From assembly GCA_041741515.1 (NCBI GenBank), contig JBGSJY010000012.1, forward strand, positions 9,256-73,255: a stretch of DNA of 64,000 nt, given 5' to 3'. The notes under the pieces are model-generated. The model saw nothing but the letters and a program-made list of their open reading frames with translations, did not search any database and was not told where the DNA came from. A program made the translations under genes and the position numbers. Below, piece by piece: positions 18,590 through 27,964 of the stretch. Origin of the DNA: Pirellulales bacterium (GTDB lineage Bacteria; Planctomycetota; Planctomycetia; Pirellulales; Lacipirellulaceae). Each line of letters starts with the position of its first letter. Position 1 is the stretch's first letter.

Positions 18590-19777
18590 TTAAGCCCGTC
18601 CTTTTAGCATGCCGTGCCAGTAGATCGCCGGCAGGGCGAATTCCTTCAGCATCAGCATGCTGAAACGTTCCTGAGACTGGTCGAAGGGGAAAGTCTCTTG
18701 AGGATTCTTGTCGTAGTCGAACTCGGCCAGGACGAGACTGTCGTAGCCCGTGACAATCGGGCAGGAGGTGTAGCCGTCGTAGCTGGCGGTGGGCGGCTTG
18801 CCGTCGATGACCGCCAGCAGGTTCTCGACCAGGACCGGGGCCTGCTTGCGGATCGCGGCGGCCGTCTTGGACGTGGGTAGGCTCGAGGCGTCTCCGATTC
18901 CAAAGACATTGGCGTACCGGGTGTGCCGGAGGCTGTGCTTGTCGACATCGACCCAGCCCGCCTCGTCAGCGAGGGGGCTGTTAGCGACAAAACTCGGCGG
19001 GCCCATCGGCGGCGTGACGTGCGCCATCTCGTAGTCGATTGTCACGATCTCGCCGCCAACGACGCGTTGGAAGACCGCTTGCTTCTGGTCGCCTCGTATC
19101 TCTCGCAACTCCAGGCCGAATCGGGTGTCGATCCCTTTTCGGGCGACCGCCTTCTCAAGGGTGCGGGCGTAGCGAGCGACGTCGAAGATCGTGTCCTTTG
19201 CCGAAGCGAACACCACCTCACAGCGGTCACGAATTCCCGATCGGCGGAAATGGTCCTCGGCGAGATAGCAGATCTTCTGGGGGGCCCCGCCGCACTTTAC
19301 GGCGCCGGTGGGGTGGGTGAAGAGCGCCGTGCCGCCGCGAAAGTTGCGGATGTTCTCCCAGGTCGATCCCACCGTTTCGTAGGAGTAGTTGCTGCAGACG
19401 CCGTTCTTGCCGAGCGACTCCCGCAGTCCCGCCACGCCGTCCCAGTTGATCTGCAGGCCGGGCGCAACAACCAAGAAGTCGTACGAGACTTCTACCCCTT
19501 TGCGCGTCCGTAAGCGATTCGCCGCGGGATCGAAGGAAGCGACGGCGTCCTGAATCCACTCGGCCCCGCTGGGGATCACCTCGGCTTCCTTTCGGCGAGA
19601 TTCTTCACGAGGAAAAATGCCGCCCCCCACCAGCGTCCACATCGGCTGGTAGTAGTGGTCGCTCGAAGGATCGATGACGACAATCTCCAGCCCCGGCGCC
19701 GCTCGGAGCAGCCGTGCCGTGACAGTGAGCCCGGCGGCCCCGCCGCCGACGACGACCACCGGATGGAAGACATTCAT
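18590..19777 (-). CDS. sqr: sulfide:quinone oxidoreductase, type II
   Basis: VVGGGAAG FAD motif; catalytic Cys motifs KCGGAPQKI and YDGYTSCP; LAEFDY; ATGA overlap with DUF1641 gene. Confidence 0.9.
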   Translation of the reverse strand: MNVFHPVVVVGGGAAGLTVTARLLRAAPGLEIVVIDPSSDHYYQPMWTLVGGGIFPREESRRKEAEVIPSGAEWIQDAVASFDPAANRLRTRKGVEVSYDFLVVAPGLQINWDGVAGLRESLGKNGVCSNYSYETVGSTWENIRNFRGGTALFTHPTGAVKCGGAPQKICYLAEDHFRRSGIRDRCEVVFASAKDTIFDVARYARTLEKAVARKGIDTRFGLELREIRGDQKQAVFQRVVGGEIVTIDYEMAHVTPPMGPPSFVANSPLADEAGWVDVDKHSLRHTRYANVFGIGDASSLPTSKTAAAIRKQAPVLVENLLAVIDGKPPTASYDGYTSCPIVTGYDSLVLAEFDYDKNPQETFPFDQSQERFSMLMLKEFALPAIYWHGMLKGRA

Positions 19778-20529
19778 TCGGCATCCTTCGGTGTAAGGGG
19801 GGCGCCGCTGCAAGGCTGGCCAACGAGGTCGCCAAATGCCCGCGCGAATTGAAGTGCGAAAGCGATCGACTGCTGCGTTTTGGCGTCGCTGAGAGATCGA
19901 AGCGTGCCGAGGATGCCGGCCCGTGCCGGCGTCGTTGATTCGCAGGCTTCGCGCTGACAGTTGACGAGCGCTGTCGCGGCGTTGCCGACCACTTGTAACG
20001 CGCTGGGGTCGAGCACATCGGAGCGGAGCAGCAGTCCAAGACGTTCGAGCTCCACCGCGCTGATCCGCTGCCCGAGCCAGAGCGCCGTCCGCAACCCGCC
20101 CCGCAAGGCCGCGGCGATATCGAGCCCCTCCTCGCCACAGCGACGCGCCCCGTCATCGACCACGTCGACCAGCGTCGCGAAGAGGTCGGGGACGGAGTCC
20201 GAAAGAGCGGCCAGCCGTTCCAGCTCGGGCGCCCGGTCGGCGAGGGCGACCAGCGCCGAGAGCGTCTCACGGCGCGTAAGCCGCTCCGCTAACCGCGCCA
20301 ATCCGGCGAGCCGTTCGTCGGCGTCGCCGCCGGTCTTGCCCAGGCGCTGAGCCCGTTCGTCGAACACGTCGCAGGCGATGGCGGCAAAGTCCGCGGCCGA
20401 CTCCTGGAACCGTTCGATCTTTGCGAGCCGCCCGTTCAACTCTTCGAGTTGCGTCAGGAGCCGCCGCGAGATTGCCTCGGTGGGAGGGTCGTGGCGATCG
20501 TTCTTCAGGGCTGTGGAATTGTCGGGCAT
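19774..20529 (-). CDS. DUF1641-like helical protein
   Basis: C-terminal GILGTLRSLSDAKTQQSIAFALQFARAFG; family usually sits next to sqr. Confidence 0.75.
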   Translation of the reverse strand: MPDNSTALKNDRHDPPTEAISRRLLTQLEELNGRLAKIERFQESAADFAAIACDVFDERAQRLGKTGGDADERLAGLARLAERLTRRETLSALVALADRAPELERLAALSDSVPDLFATLVDVVDDGARRCGEEGLDIAAALRGGLRTALWLGQRISAVELERLGLLLRSDVLDPSALQVVGNAATALVNCQREACESTTPARAGILGTLRSLSDAKTQQSIAFALQFARAFGDLVGQPCSGAPLTPKDAE

Positions 20530-20574
20530 CTTAGCCGCCTTTACCTCCGGGGCGAGTCATCGAGAGCGGTCGCG

Positions 20575-22014
20575 TCAGGCCGTCGCGCAGGGGCCCGTCA
20601 CGCATGCCGCGGCGCCCGTTTCCGCGGGCAGGCCCGCGCGACTCCAGGCGCCGAAGCCGCCCGCCAGATTGATGACGTCGTAGCCCGCGTCGATGAGTAG
20701 GCTCGCGGCGATCGCCGACCTCATCCCGCTCTGGCACTGGGTGACCACCGGCTTGGAGCGGTCGATCCCGGCGAGATTGTCCGGCAGCTTGCCGAGAAAG
20801 CGGTGGTCGGCTTGCGGGATGTGGCCGGCGTCCCATTCGCCCTGAGCCCGGACATCGAGCACGTGGACCTCGCCCGAGGCGATGCGATCGGCCAACGCTT
20901 CGGGATCGGCGTTCGGGTAGGAGTGATCCATCCGACCGGCTTTGCGAAGTTCGTCCGCGGAGAAGACCCCCGCGACCTCGTCAACGCCGATCTTGTTGAG
21001 CACGCGGACCGCTTCGGCGACCTGATCCCCCTCGGCGATCAGGTAGACCGGCTCGTCGTAGTTGAGCAACCACCCCGCCCACCCAGCGAGCATGCCCGCC
21101 GGGATGTTCAGCGTCCCCCGTGCGAAGCCGGCGGAGAAGCTAGCGGGCGGCGACAAATCGACCACGGCGCCGGCGTCGAGCGCCCCCTCGAGCGCGCTAG
21201 CCGGCAACCGCGGCGGCTCGGAGTACGCGCCCAGAACCTTGGGGCCTTCTTTGTTGACCCGCTTCATGACGGCAAAGTACTTCGGCGCCTCGGGTTGGTC
21301 CGCCAGGATGTAGCGGACGAACTCTTCTTCATGGTCGAACTGCAGCGCCGGGTTGAAGAGCTTCTCGTACCCGACGGTTGAGGAAGGGATCGCGCCGAGG
21401 CCTTTGCCGCAGGCGCTGCCGGCGCCGTGGGCGGGCCAGACCTGGAGGTGGTCGGCGAGCGAACGGAACCGCTCCACCGAATGGAAGAGCTGGTGGGCGC
21501 CGACCTCCGCCGTCCCCACCATGCCGGCCGCCTCTTCGAGCAGGTCGGGTCGGCCGATCGACCCGACGAAGACGAAGTCGCCGGTGAAGATCCCCATCGG
21601 CATGTCGGCCCCGCCGCCACGGTCGGTCAACACGAACGAAACGCTCTCGGGCGTGTGACCGGGGGTGTGCATCACCTCGAAGTCGATCTTCCCGATGGGG
21701 AAGCGGTCGCCGTCTTTGCAGAGGCAATGGTCGTACTGCGAGAGGAACTGGTACTTCCACTCGGCCGGCCCTTCGTCCGAAACGTAGAGCTTCGCCCCGA
21801 CCCGGTCGGCCAGCTCACGCGCTCCCGAGACGTAGTCGGCATGGATATGCGTCTCGGCGACCGCCACGATGTCGAGCCCCTCGCGTTTGGCCGCATCGAG
21901 GTAAGGCTCGATGTCACGGCCCGGATCGACGATCACGGCCTGTTTGGCCTTTTGACAGCCCACCAGGTAAGAGGCGTGGGCGAGCGAGCGGTCGTAGAAA
22001 TAGCGGAGTAACAT
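20575..22014 (-). CDS. MBL-fold persulfide dioxygenase with two rhodanese domains (CstB/Blh-like)
   Basis: THIHAD, HTPGHT, FTGDF, PAHGAGSACG; C-terminal rhodanese CQSGMRS; AAGGAG RBS. Confidence 0.9.
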   Translation of the reverse strand: MLLRYFYDRSLAHASYLVGCQKAKQAVIVDPGRDIEPYLDAAKREGLDIVAVAETHIHADYVSGARELADRVGAKLYVSDEGPAEWKYQFLSQYDHCLCKDGDRFPIGKIDFEVMHTPGHTPESVSFVLTDRGGGADMPMGIFTGDFVFVGSIGRPDLLEEAAGMVGTAEVGAHQLFHSVERFRSLADHLQVWPAHGAGSACGKGLGAIPSSTVGYEKLFNPALQFDHEEEFVRYILADQPEAPKYFAVMKRVNKEGPKVLGAYSEPPRLPASALEGALDAGAVVDLSPPASFSAGFARGTLNIPAGMLAGWAGWLLNYDEPVYLIAEGDQVAEAVRVLNKIGVDEVAGVFSADELRKAGRMDHSYPNADPEALADRIASGEVHVLDVRAQGEWDAGHIPQADHRFLGKLPDNLAGIDRSKPVVTQCQSGMRSAIAASLLIDAGYDVINLAGGFGAWSRAGLPAETGAAACVTGPCATA

Positions 22015-22047
22015 GGCGACACTCCTTTTAGTTGGAACGACCGCCGC

Positions 22048-22845
22048 CTAGGCGATCGATTGGAAGACAACGAAGGCCGCCACCGCGACCATCGCGACGG
22101 CGAAAGTTCTTTGCAGCGTTGGACCGGACAGCTTTGCCGAGAGCCGCGTGCCAAGTTGCATGCCCAGCACGCCACCCACCACGAATAAGGCGGTCAAGCT
22201 CCAGGAAAGCGATCCGCCGTGGAGCACATAGGACGCGACGCCCGAAACGCTGATCAGGAAGACCACCATCAGTGACGTCGCCACCGCGGTGTGGATCCGC
22301 ATGCCGCCAAACAGCACCAAGGCCGGCACAATCACGAATCCGCCCCCCACCCCAAACATGCCTGAGAGCACGCCGGTGAGCACCCCGAGCGTCACCAGCA
22401 ACACCACGCAACGCGGCCCGAGCGTCGGTCTCCCGCGGGCGTCAAGTTGGCAGACAAACCGACTGGCGTCTTCGTCGGACCGCTCCGGCGCGATCGACTT
22501 GAGCCACAGACGCACCGCGATCACCAGCATCAAGCCGCTAAACAGCAATAGGAGCGTCGCTTCGGAGAGCATCGTTGAGAGCTTTGCCCCCAGCGGCGCT
22601 CCGACCATGCCGGCGACGGCAAACAGCAGCCCGGTGCGGACATCGATCTCACCCCGCCGGAGCCGTGAGACAGCGCCTACCAGAGCCGTCGTTCCCACCG
22701 CGGCCAGCGAGACGCCGACCGCTTCGCGAGGCGGCATCGACAGGCCATAGACCAGCAGGGGGATCGCGAAGATACCCCCGCCGCCGCCGGTGAGGCCCAG
22801 CGCGAAGCCGACCGCGACGCCGCCGGCGATGGCTAGGCCGAGCAC
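22048..22845 (-). CDS. sulfite exporter TauE/SafE family
   Basis: GLTGGGGGIFAIP and SGMFGVGGGFVIVPAL repeats; likely GTG start at 22845 after a G-run. Confidence 0.9.
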   Translation of the reverse strand: MLGLAIAGGVAVGFALGLTGGGGGIFAIPLLVYGLSMPPREAVGVSLAAVGTTALVGAVSRLRRGEIDVRTGLLFAVAGMVGAPLGAKLSTMLSEATLLLLFSGLMLVIAVRLWLKSIAPERSDEDASRFVCQLDARGRPTLGPRCVVLLVTLGVLTGVLSGMFGVGGGFVIVPALVLFGGMRIHTAVATSLMVVFLISVSGVASYVLHGGSLSWSLTALFVVGGVLGMQLGTRLSAKLSGPTLQRTFAVAMVAVAAFVVFQSIA

Positions 22846-23384
22846 GACCCCCCCCCACACTGGTTCCAGGGCATCCGGGCCAGCATCATCCCCATGCCGC
22901 AGGTGTCGGTGACGCCCGCGAAGGTGAGGCCTGCGCCGACAAAGGCGGACAACCCGATGAAGTAGGGGTGAACGAAGTAGCCGAGCCCCGCCCCGAGGAG
23001 CACCAGGAGCCCCGCCACGATTCGGACCTGGCGTTCGAGCGAGATCGCCTTCTTCCCTCGGTTGACCGGCAGGCCGGCCTCTTGCCAGGCGAGCGTTCCC
23101 CCCTCGACGTGGACCACGTTCTCGTGGCCCGCCTGAACCAACTTCTCGCACGCCTTCATCGCCCGCGACCCGGACCGGCAGAGCACATAGATCGGCTCAC
23201 CGGCTGAACCTTGGCGTTGTTCCTTCAGGGCGTCGGGATCGAGCGAGTCGAGCGGCGTGTTCCGGGCAAGCGGGGCATGCAGCTCGCGGAACTCGACCGG
23301 GGTGCGTACGTCGATCACATCGACGTGGCTCTCCTTGGCCAGTTCGGCGAGACGCTGAGCGGTGATGGTGGTGATTTGGCCCAT
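22833..23384 (-). CDS. rhodanese-DUF2892 (YgaP-like) membrane sulfurtransferase
   Basis: IDVRTPVEF, active-site CRSGSRA, SLERQVRIVAG..GVTDTCGM; GGAGG RBS. Confidence 0.9.
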   Translation of the reverse strand: MGQITTITAQRLAELAKESHVDVIDVRTPVEFRELHAPLARNTPLDSLDPDALKEQRQGSAGEPIYVLCRSGSRAMKACEKLVQAGHENVVHVEGGTLAWQEAGLPVNRGKKAISLERQVRIVAGLLVLLGAGLGYFVHPYFIGLSAFVGAGLTFAGVTDTCGMGMMLARMPWNQCGGGSCSA

Positions 23385-23418
23385 CTCGACCTCCCGTAAA
23401 TGTTGTGTCATTACCTAT

Positions 23419-23433
23419 CGAAGTTACGATATA
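23419..23433. promoter_or_regulatory. putative ArsR operator upstream of the rhodanese gene
   Basis: reverse complement TATATCGTAACTTCG matches 23821-23835 at 13/15; AT-rich context. Confidence 0.5.
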
Positions 23434-23453
23434 TCGGCGTAAATAAAAACGCG

Positions 23454-23801
23454 TCACGTCGACGCACCCGCTTGGAAGCGGCCCTCAATGCAGTCCAGGA
23501 TCCGCTCCAAATGCGGCTCGGTGACGCGGTAGTAGACCCGGCGCCCTTCCTTCTCGCTGCTGAAGAACCCGCACCGCTGCATCAGCCGCAGGTGTTCGGA
23601 GGCGACGTTCTCGAGCACGCCACAGTCCTCCGCCAACTCACCGACGGTGTAGCGATCGTGCAGCACCAACTGCACCATCCGGATCCGCACGGGGTGAGCC
23701 AGGATCCGCAAGCAATCGGCCGCCTGGGCGAGCGTCTTCAGGTCGGCCCGTTTGAGCGGCCGCCCCGCGGAGTTTCTGGGTTGATTGGACTTGGTTGCCA
23801 T
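23454..23801 (-). CDS. ArsR/SmtB family transcriptional regulator (probable persulfide sensor)
   Basis: LAHPVRIRM, TVGELA, ASEHLRLM, EGRRVYY; four Cys; ATG 23801 with GGAG RBS. Confidence 0.92.
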   Translation of the reverse strand: MATKSNQPRNSAGRPLKRADLKTLAQAADCLRILAHPVRIRMVQLVLHDRYTVGELAEDCGVLENVASEHLRLMQRCGFFSSEKEGRRVYYRVTEPHLERILDCIEGRFQAGAST

Positions 23802-23820
23802 TGAGCATCTCCACTGCAAA

Positions 23821-23841
23821 TATATCGTCACATCGCGATAT
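23821..23841. promoter_or_regulatory. putative ArsR autoregulatory operator
   Basis: palindrome ATATCG-N8-CGATAT about 20 nt upstream of the arsR start. Confidence 0.6.
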
Positions 23842-24452
23842 GTCAATCAATCATTCTTGCCAATTCCTGTCGGTGCAACGCCACGCTGGCTAGCGGAAGG
23901 GCCCTCCCCGAAGGCAGGCGACAACGATGGCAAGCCCGCGAGGACGCAATGGCGCGCCTGGGCGGTCAGAGCGGGTAGGGCAGGGCGGTTGTGATCGGCA
24001 TCGAAACGTGCAGCGCCCGGCGGGCCCCTGGTGGCGCCCGAATTGTGCAGCGCGCAGTTGTGCCGAGTGAGCCGCTGAGGAGAAGCTGTTTAGCCGTGGG
24101 GCGGGGGCGAAACCCCCCTCCCGGTTTCAGGGGGGAAGACCAGTCGCCGACGGTTCCACGCTTTGTTTCTTCTACTCGGCGAGGTCCCCACCACCTCGAC
24201 CCGTGCGACAAAAGGGGCCGCTAGGCTAGATAGGGAAACACTCCGAGAGAAAGTCCGAAATGTCGCGAGGCTCCGTGCTATCTGCTCGGAAGCCCTGCTA
24301 CTGACGGTAGCGTCGCAGGAAAAGCAGTGCAGGGCAGGGCGACTAGGCAGGCTCTCCCGGTTCTAACGGAGAATCACGAGAAGGACGGCGGGAACGCCGA
24401 TAGTCGATTTAGCGGAGAGTCTTCCGCCAAGCTTCCAGACCACCGGCTTTCG

Positions 24453-25748
24453 ATGCGATCGGCCGCCCTCGCCATCTTGGTGACCGTGCTAGCGGCATGC
24501 ACGTGCCGGGGCGAGGAGACGCTTATCGATGCTTGGCGGCTGGCGGCGGCGCGTAATTCAAGCCTCGAAGCATCGCGGCTGCGTACGGGGGCGAGCTGGC
24601 AAGACGCCCAGGCGGCCGCCTCGGAACGGTCCCCGACGGCGTCGTTGCGGACGGGCTATCTCGTCCGGTCGAGTCAACCGAGCTTCCGGGGAAGTCAGCC
24701 AGGACTAACTCCCACGCCGATCTCGATTCCGTTTGCCGAACAGAACGCCGCTAAAGTATCGGCCCTGGCCGTAGCGCCGATCTGGACGGCGGGGCGGATC
24801 GAGAGTTCGGTCGCGGCCGCTAATTTCCGGCATTCGGCTAGCGCCGAGTCAACGCGATGGGTCGAGATGGACCTGTGTATGGCCGTCACCGAGGCTTACG
24901 TCGCGATTCTACAGGCCAAAGCGACTCTGTCTGCCGCGGAGCAGTTGCTGCAGTGCGCCGAATCGAAAGCGGCGGACGTTGCGGAGCGGGGGCGGCAGAG
25001 CCGAGCCACCGATTCGGAAGTGCTGGCGTCTCGCCTCGCCCTCGCCGAAGCCCTCCATGAAACACGAAAGTCCGAGAACGCCGTGATCACCGCGTGCGCC
25101 GGCTATAACCAGCTACTGGGTCGGGCAGCGGACTACCCCGTGGAGCCTGTCGAGCCGGTGGTTCCCCTGCTTGGAGAGTCGCTTGAACAACTCACCCAGT
25201 TCGCGATCGAATCGCGCCCCGACGTCCAAGAACTGATGGAGTCGGCGCGGGCCCACGAGAACGACGCGGCGGGGTGGCGAGCGTCCTCGCTTCCCCAGCT
25301 GAGCGCCGAGGCGGGCTTTGATTACGAAGAGAATCGATTCCAGTCCCCCCAGGGGATTGGCACGGCCGGCGTGTATGTCGATTGGAACGCCTTCGACGCG
25401 GGGAAGAATCGGCGGAAGTCCACCGCGGCGTCAACAAGGGCCTGCGCGGCTCGGGCCGAGCTCAAGGAACGGCAGTCCCAGATCGCCCTGGAAGTCTTGC
25501 AGGCGTGGCGCCAACGCGACGACGCCCTCGGCGCCGAGCGCGTCGCCGCCCAGTCGCTGGAGTACGCGCTGGAGCACGACCGCTCGATCACACAGCTCAA
25601 TTCTCATGGCGTGGCCACCGAATCAGCGGCGCTGGAATCGAGCTCGGCGGTCGTCGAGGCGAGGGCCCGTTATCTCTACGCACGCACCAACCGGGTCTTG
25701 TCCCAAGTTCGCCTGCGATTCGTCTCGGGATTGCTGGGCGGCAAATAG
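24453..25748 (+). CDS. TolC-family outer membrane efflux protein
   Basis: signal peptide; PIWTAGR, VTEAY, AIESRPDV, LPQLS, WNAFDAG repeats of the OEP fold. Confidence 0.82.
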   Translation: MRSAALAILVTVLAACTCRGEETLIDAWRLAAARNSSLEASRLRTGASWQDAQAAASERSPTASLRTGYLVRSSQPSFRGSQPGLTPTPISIPFAEQNAAKVSALAVAPIWTAGRIESSVAAANFRHSASAESTRWVEMDLCMAVTEAYVAILQAKATLSAAEQLLQCAESKAADVAERGRQSRATDSEVLASRLALAEALHETRKSENAVITACAGYNQLLGRAADYPVEPVEPVVPLLGESLEQLTQFAIESRPDVQELMESARAHENDAAGWRASSLPQLSAEAGFDYEENRFQSPQGIGTAGVYVDWNAFDAGKNRRKSTAASTRACAARAELKERQSQIALEVLQAWRQRDDALGAERVAAQSLEYALEHDRSITQLNSHGVATESAALESSSAVVEARARYLYARTNRVLSQVRLRFVSGLLGGK

Positions 25749-26152
25749 CGGGGCGCCAAGAGCGCTCGACGCTTGACCGTCGAAGTCCTCAGAATCGGTA
25801 AAGGCGCCACGGTAGGCGCATTTACCCGTCAGGGAAGGCATTTGGCTCCTGAGCGGCCAAGCTCTTGCCGACGTATGAGCTAGCTTTCTGGTGGAGATTC
25901 GCCCATCGAAGCCTCCCACTCATCCCCGCCTTTCAAACGCAACTTTGGGCCGTCTGACCATCGACGGTTCCGCCCCAATCTCCCCGTAGAAGGAGTTTCC
26001 GCTTCTTCGCTCCCCCCATTTTTCCTTCTCGTCCTATCTCCCTGTCTGGCTGTGTCTCCCGACGCAAGTTCTCGGCGTCCCTTCCGTAAAGGCCACTCAC
26101 GAGCGAATTGCATCCCGGCTCCGTCGCCTTCTCCGAGTGGGAGAACGTCCGG

Positions 26153-26845
26153 ATGCATCTGGCACGGAACGACTCCCATTACCGCGGCGCGTTCGCTCTG
26201 GTCCACGACGCTTACTGCCGAGCGGGGCTCGACGATCCGCACGAGAGCGGATTGCGGGTGACTCCCTATCAGCTACTGGACACCTCGCACGTCTTTGTGT
26301 CGACGCTCAACGACGAGGTGATTAGCACCCTCACGCTGGTGCAAGATGGCGAACTCGGCCTTCCGATGGAAGCCATCTACACCAAAGAGATCCAAGACCG
26401 CCGAGACCGCGGCATCCACCTCGCCGAGGTGACCTGTCTGGCGGATCGCCGTCTCAGTCCCAAGCGCTTCTTCGCGCTGTTCTGCGAGCTAAGCCGCGTG
26501 ATGGCGCAATTCGCTCAGCGTGAAGGCGTCGATGAGATTTGGATTGCGTGTCACCCCACCCACGCCACCCTGTACGAACGACGGCTGGCCTTCGAGCGCC
26601 AAGGGGACCTGTGCGACTACCCGGCCGTCCTTGGCAATCCGGCTATCCCGCTCTGCGTCGACCTCAAGAACCTAGCCCAGGCGTACCCAAGGGTTTGGCA
26701 GCGGTTCTTCGGAACGCCCATCCCCCAAGCGGTTCTGCAGCCGTCGGCTCTGCCGCTGGACCTGCGAGACTGCTATGCGGAGATTGCCGGCACTTGCGTT
26801 CCGCGTTTGGGAAGGGCCATCGTAGAAATGCTCGAGGTGGCGTGA
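26153..26845 (+). CDS. FeeM-like N-acyl amino acid synthase (GNAT fold)
   Basis: AFALVHDAY..GL, TLTLVQDGELGLPMEAIY, AEVTCLA, IACHPTHATLY..LAF; ATG 26153 with GGGAG (alternative TTG 26108). Confidence 0.8.
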   Translation: MHLARNDSHYRGAFALVHDAYCRAGLDDPHESGLRVTPYQLLDTSHVFVSTLNDEVISTLTLVQDGELGLPMEAIYTKEIQDRRDRGIHLAEVTCLADRRLSPKRFFALFCELSRVMAQFAQREGVDEIWIACHPTHATLYERRLAFERQGDLCDYPAVLGNPAIPLCVDLKNLAQAYPRVWQRFFGTPIPQAVLQPSALPLDLRDCYAEIAGTCVPRLGRAIVEMLEVA

Positions 26846-26938
26846 ATCGCCCCGTCTCGGCGCCGACCCTTGGGTCGATTACCCCGTCCAGCGACACACC
26901 AGCGCTGACCGACTCCGCCAGGGAGTCCTAGGCGAGTC

Positions 26939-27259
26939 CTAGGCGTCGTGCCCGGTGTCACGGTATCGCTTGGACGCGCCAGGGCCATGCTTGGTCGGTG
27001 TCCGACCCTGGCCGGTCGAAGCCGCCTGCTTCTCTTGGAGCGAACGCAGCTCTTCGGTGAGCTGCTGGTTCGCCAAGAACAACCGATCGCTGTAGGCGGC
27101 GTGAGAACGCTCGCCGCATCCCAGCCCGATCAGAAAGGCGACCAGGGAAGCCGCTAGGCCCCATGCCATCCGCATGAGGGGGGAAGCCGAAGTCGAGGCG
27201 AGCCCGACGAACGCCACGAGAATTGTCGAGGCGACCAGAAATACGAGCGTCGTTTTCAT
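26939..27259 (-). CDS. small membrane hypothetical protein
   Basis: two hydrophobic helices followed by a coiled-coil-like tail. Confidence 0.55.
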   Translation of the reverse strand: MKTTLVFLVASTILVAFVGLASTSASPLMRMAWGLAASLVAFLIGLGCGERSHAAYSDRLFLANQQLTEELRSLQEKQAASTGQGRTPTKHGPGASKRYRDTGHDA

Positions 27260-27392
27260 GCGCGACGGGCCTCGAACCCAGCCGTTTTAAGCGAGGGCTG
27301 GCGCCTCTCTTGAAGCCTACGCCACACTCGACCGATAGGCTACGAAGAAATCCGACTGGCCCACGACTCCCTGGCCCGTCCTGCGCTTCCTC

Positions 27393-27788
27393 TCAACGGG
27401 CGCCCGCACGACCGAAGTATCCCCCCGTATTCATGAACGTCGAACGGCTCCCCGGCGTCTGAAACCAGCTCGAGGTCCCGGAGACGGGGCCGGCCGTCTG
27501 GGCCTGTAGGAGGTTCTGCTGGAGCCCCTGGATCTCCGCGCTCTGACGCAACAGCAGCTGCTGTTGCTGCTGATTGACCTGCATCTGATTCAATTCCGGA
27601 CGCACGAAGGTGTAGTAGTTCGGCACCGGCGAATTGTTATTTCGGAACAGGTTCAGATAGGGACTTACCGTTGGCCGGGACGGCTGGAATCGCTGGGGTC
27701 GTTGGCCCCGCTGGGCAAAGGCCTCATCGCCGAGGACCAGGAGAACGCCCAGGGCCGCCCAGATTGCCAGGATTCGCTTGGTTTCCAT
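27393..27788 (-). CDS. secreted Gln-rich hypothetical protein
   Basis: signal peptide ending AFA; PTVSPYLNLFR..NYYTFVRP motif; poly-Q. Confidence 0.75.
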   Translation of the reverse strand: METKRILAIWAALGVLLVLGDEAFAQRGQRPQRFQPSRPTVSPYLNLFRNNNSPVPNYYTFVRPELNQMQVNQQQQQLLLRQSAEIQGLQQNLLQAQTAGPVSGTSSWFQTPGSRSTFMNTGGYFGRAGAR

Positions 27789-27964
27789 CTTGGTCGCTCT
27801 TCGATCATGCGTGGCGGAAGTTCTACCTATGCAGCTTGTGTCGGCTGTAGGTCGAGTTCCGCTGAAGGATTGTAGCAGACCTGCCGATGAAACCAATCAT
27901 GCGGTAAGTGCGCCTCGGCTTTGGGCGCTGGAATTCGCTGGACCAAACCGTCGTTGGGCAACCG

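Noticed and set aside
22846-23151. Long N-terminal extension of TauE in the ORF track (similarly for wzt, 56539-57120)
   Set aside because: Overlaps a bona fide upstream gene in another frame; downstream starts fit the family N-termini.
24099-24122. GC hairpin in the 650-bp arsR-tolC gap as ncRNA or riboswitch
   Set aside because: A single imperfect stem with no recognisable Rfam-type motif; cannot be supported without a covariance search.
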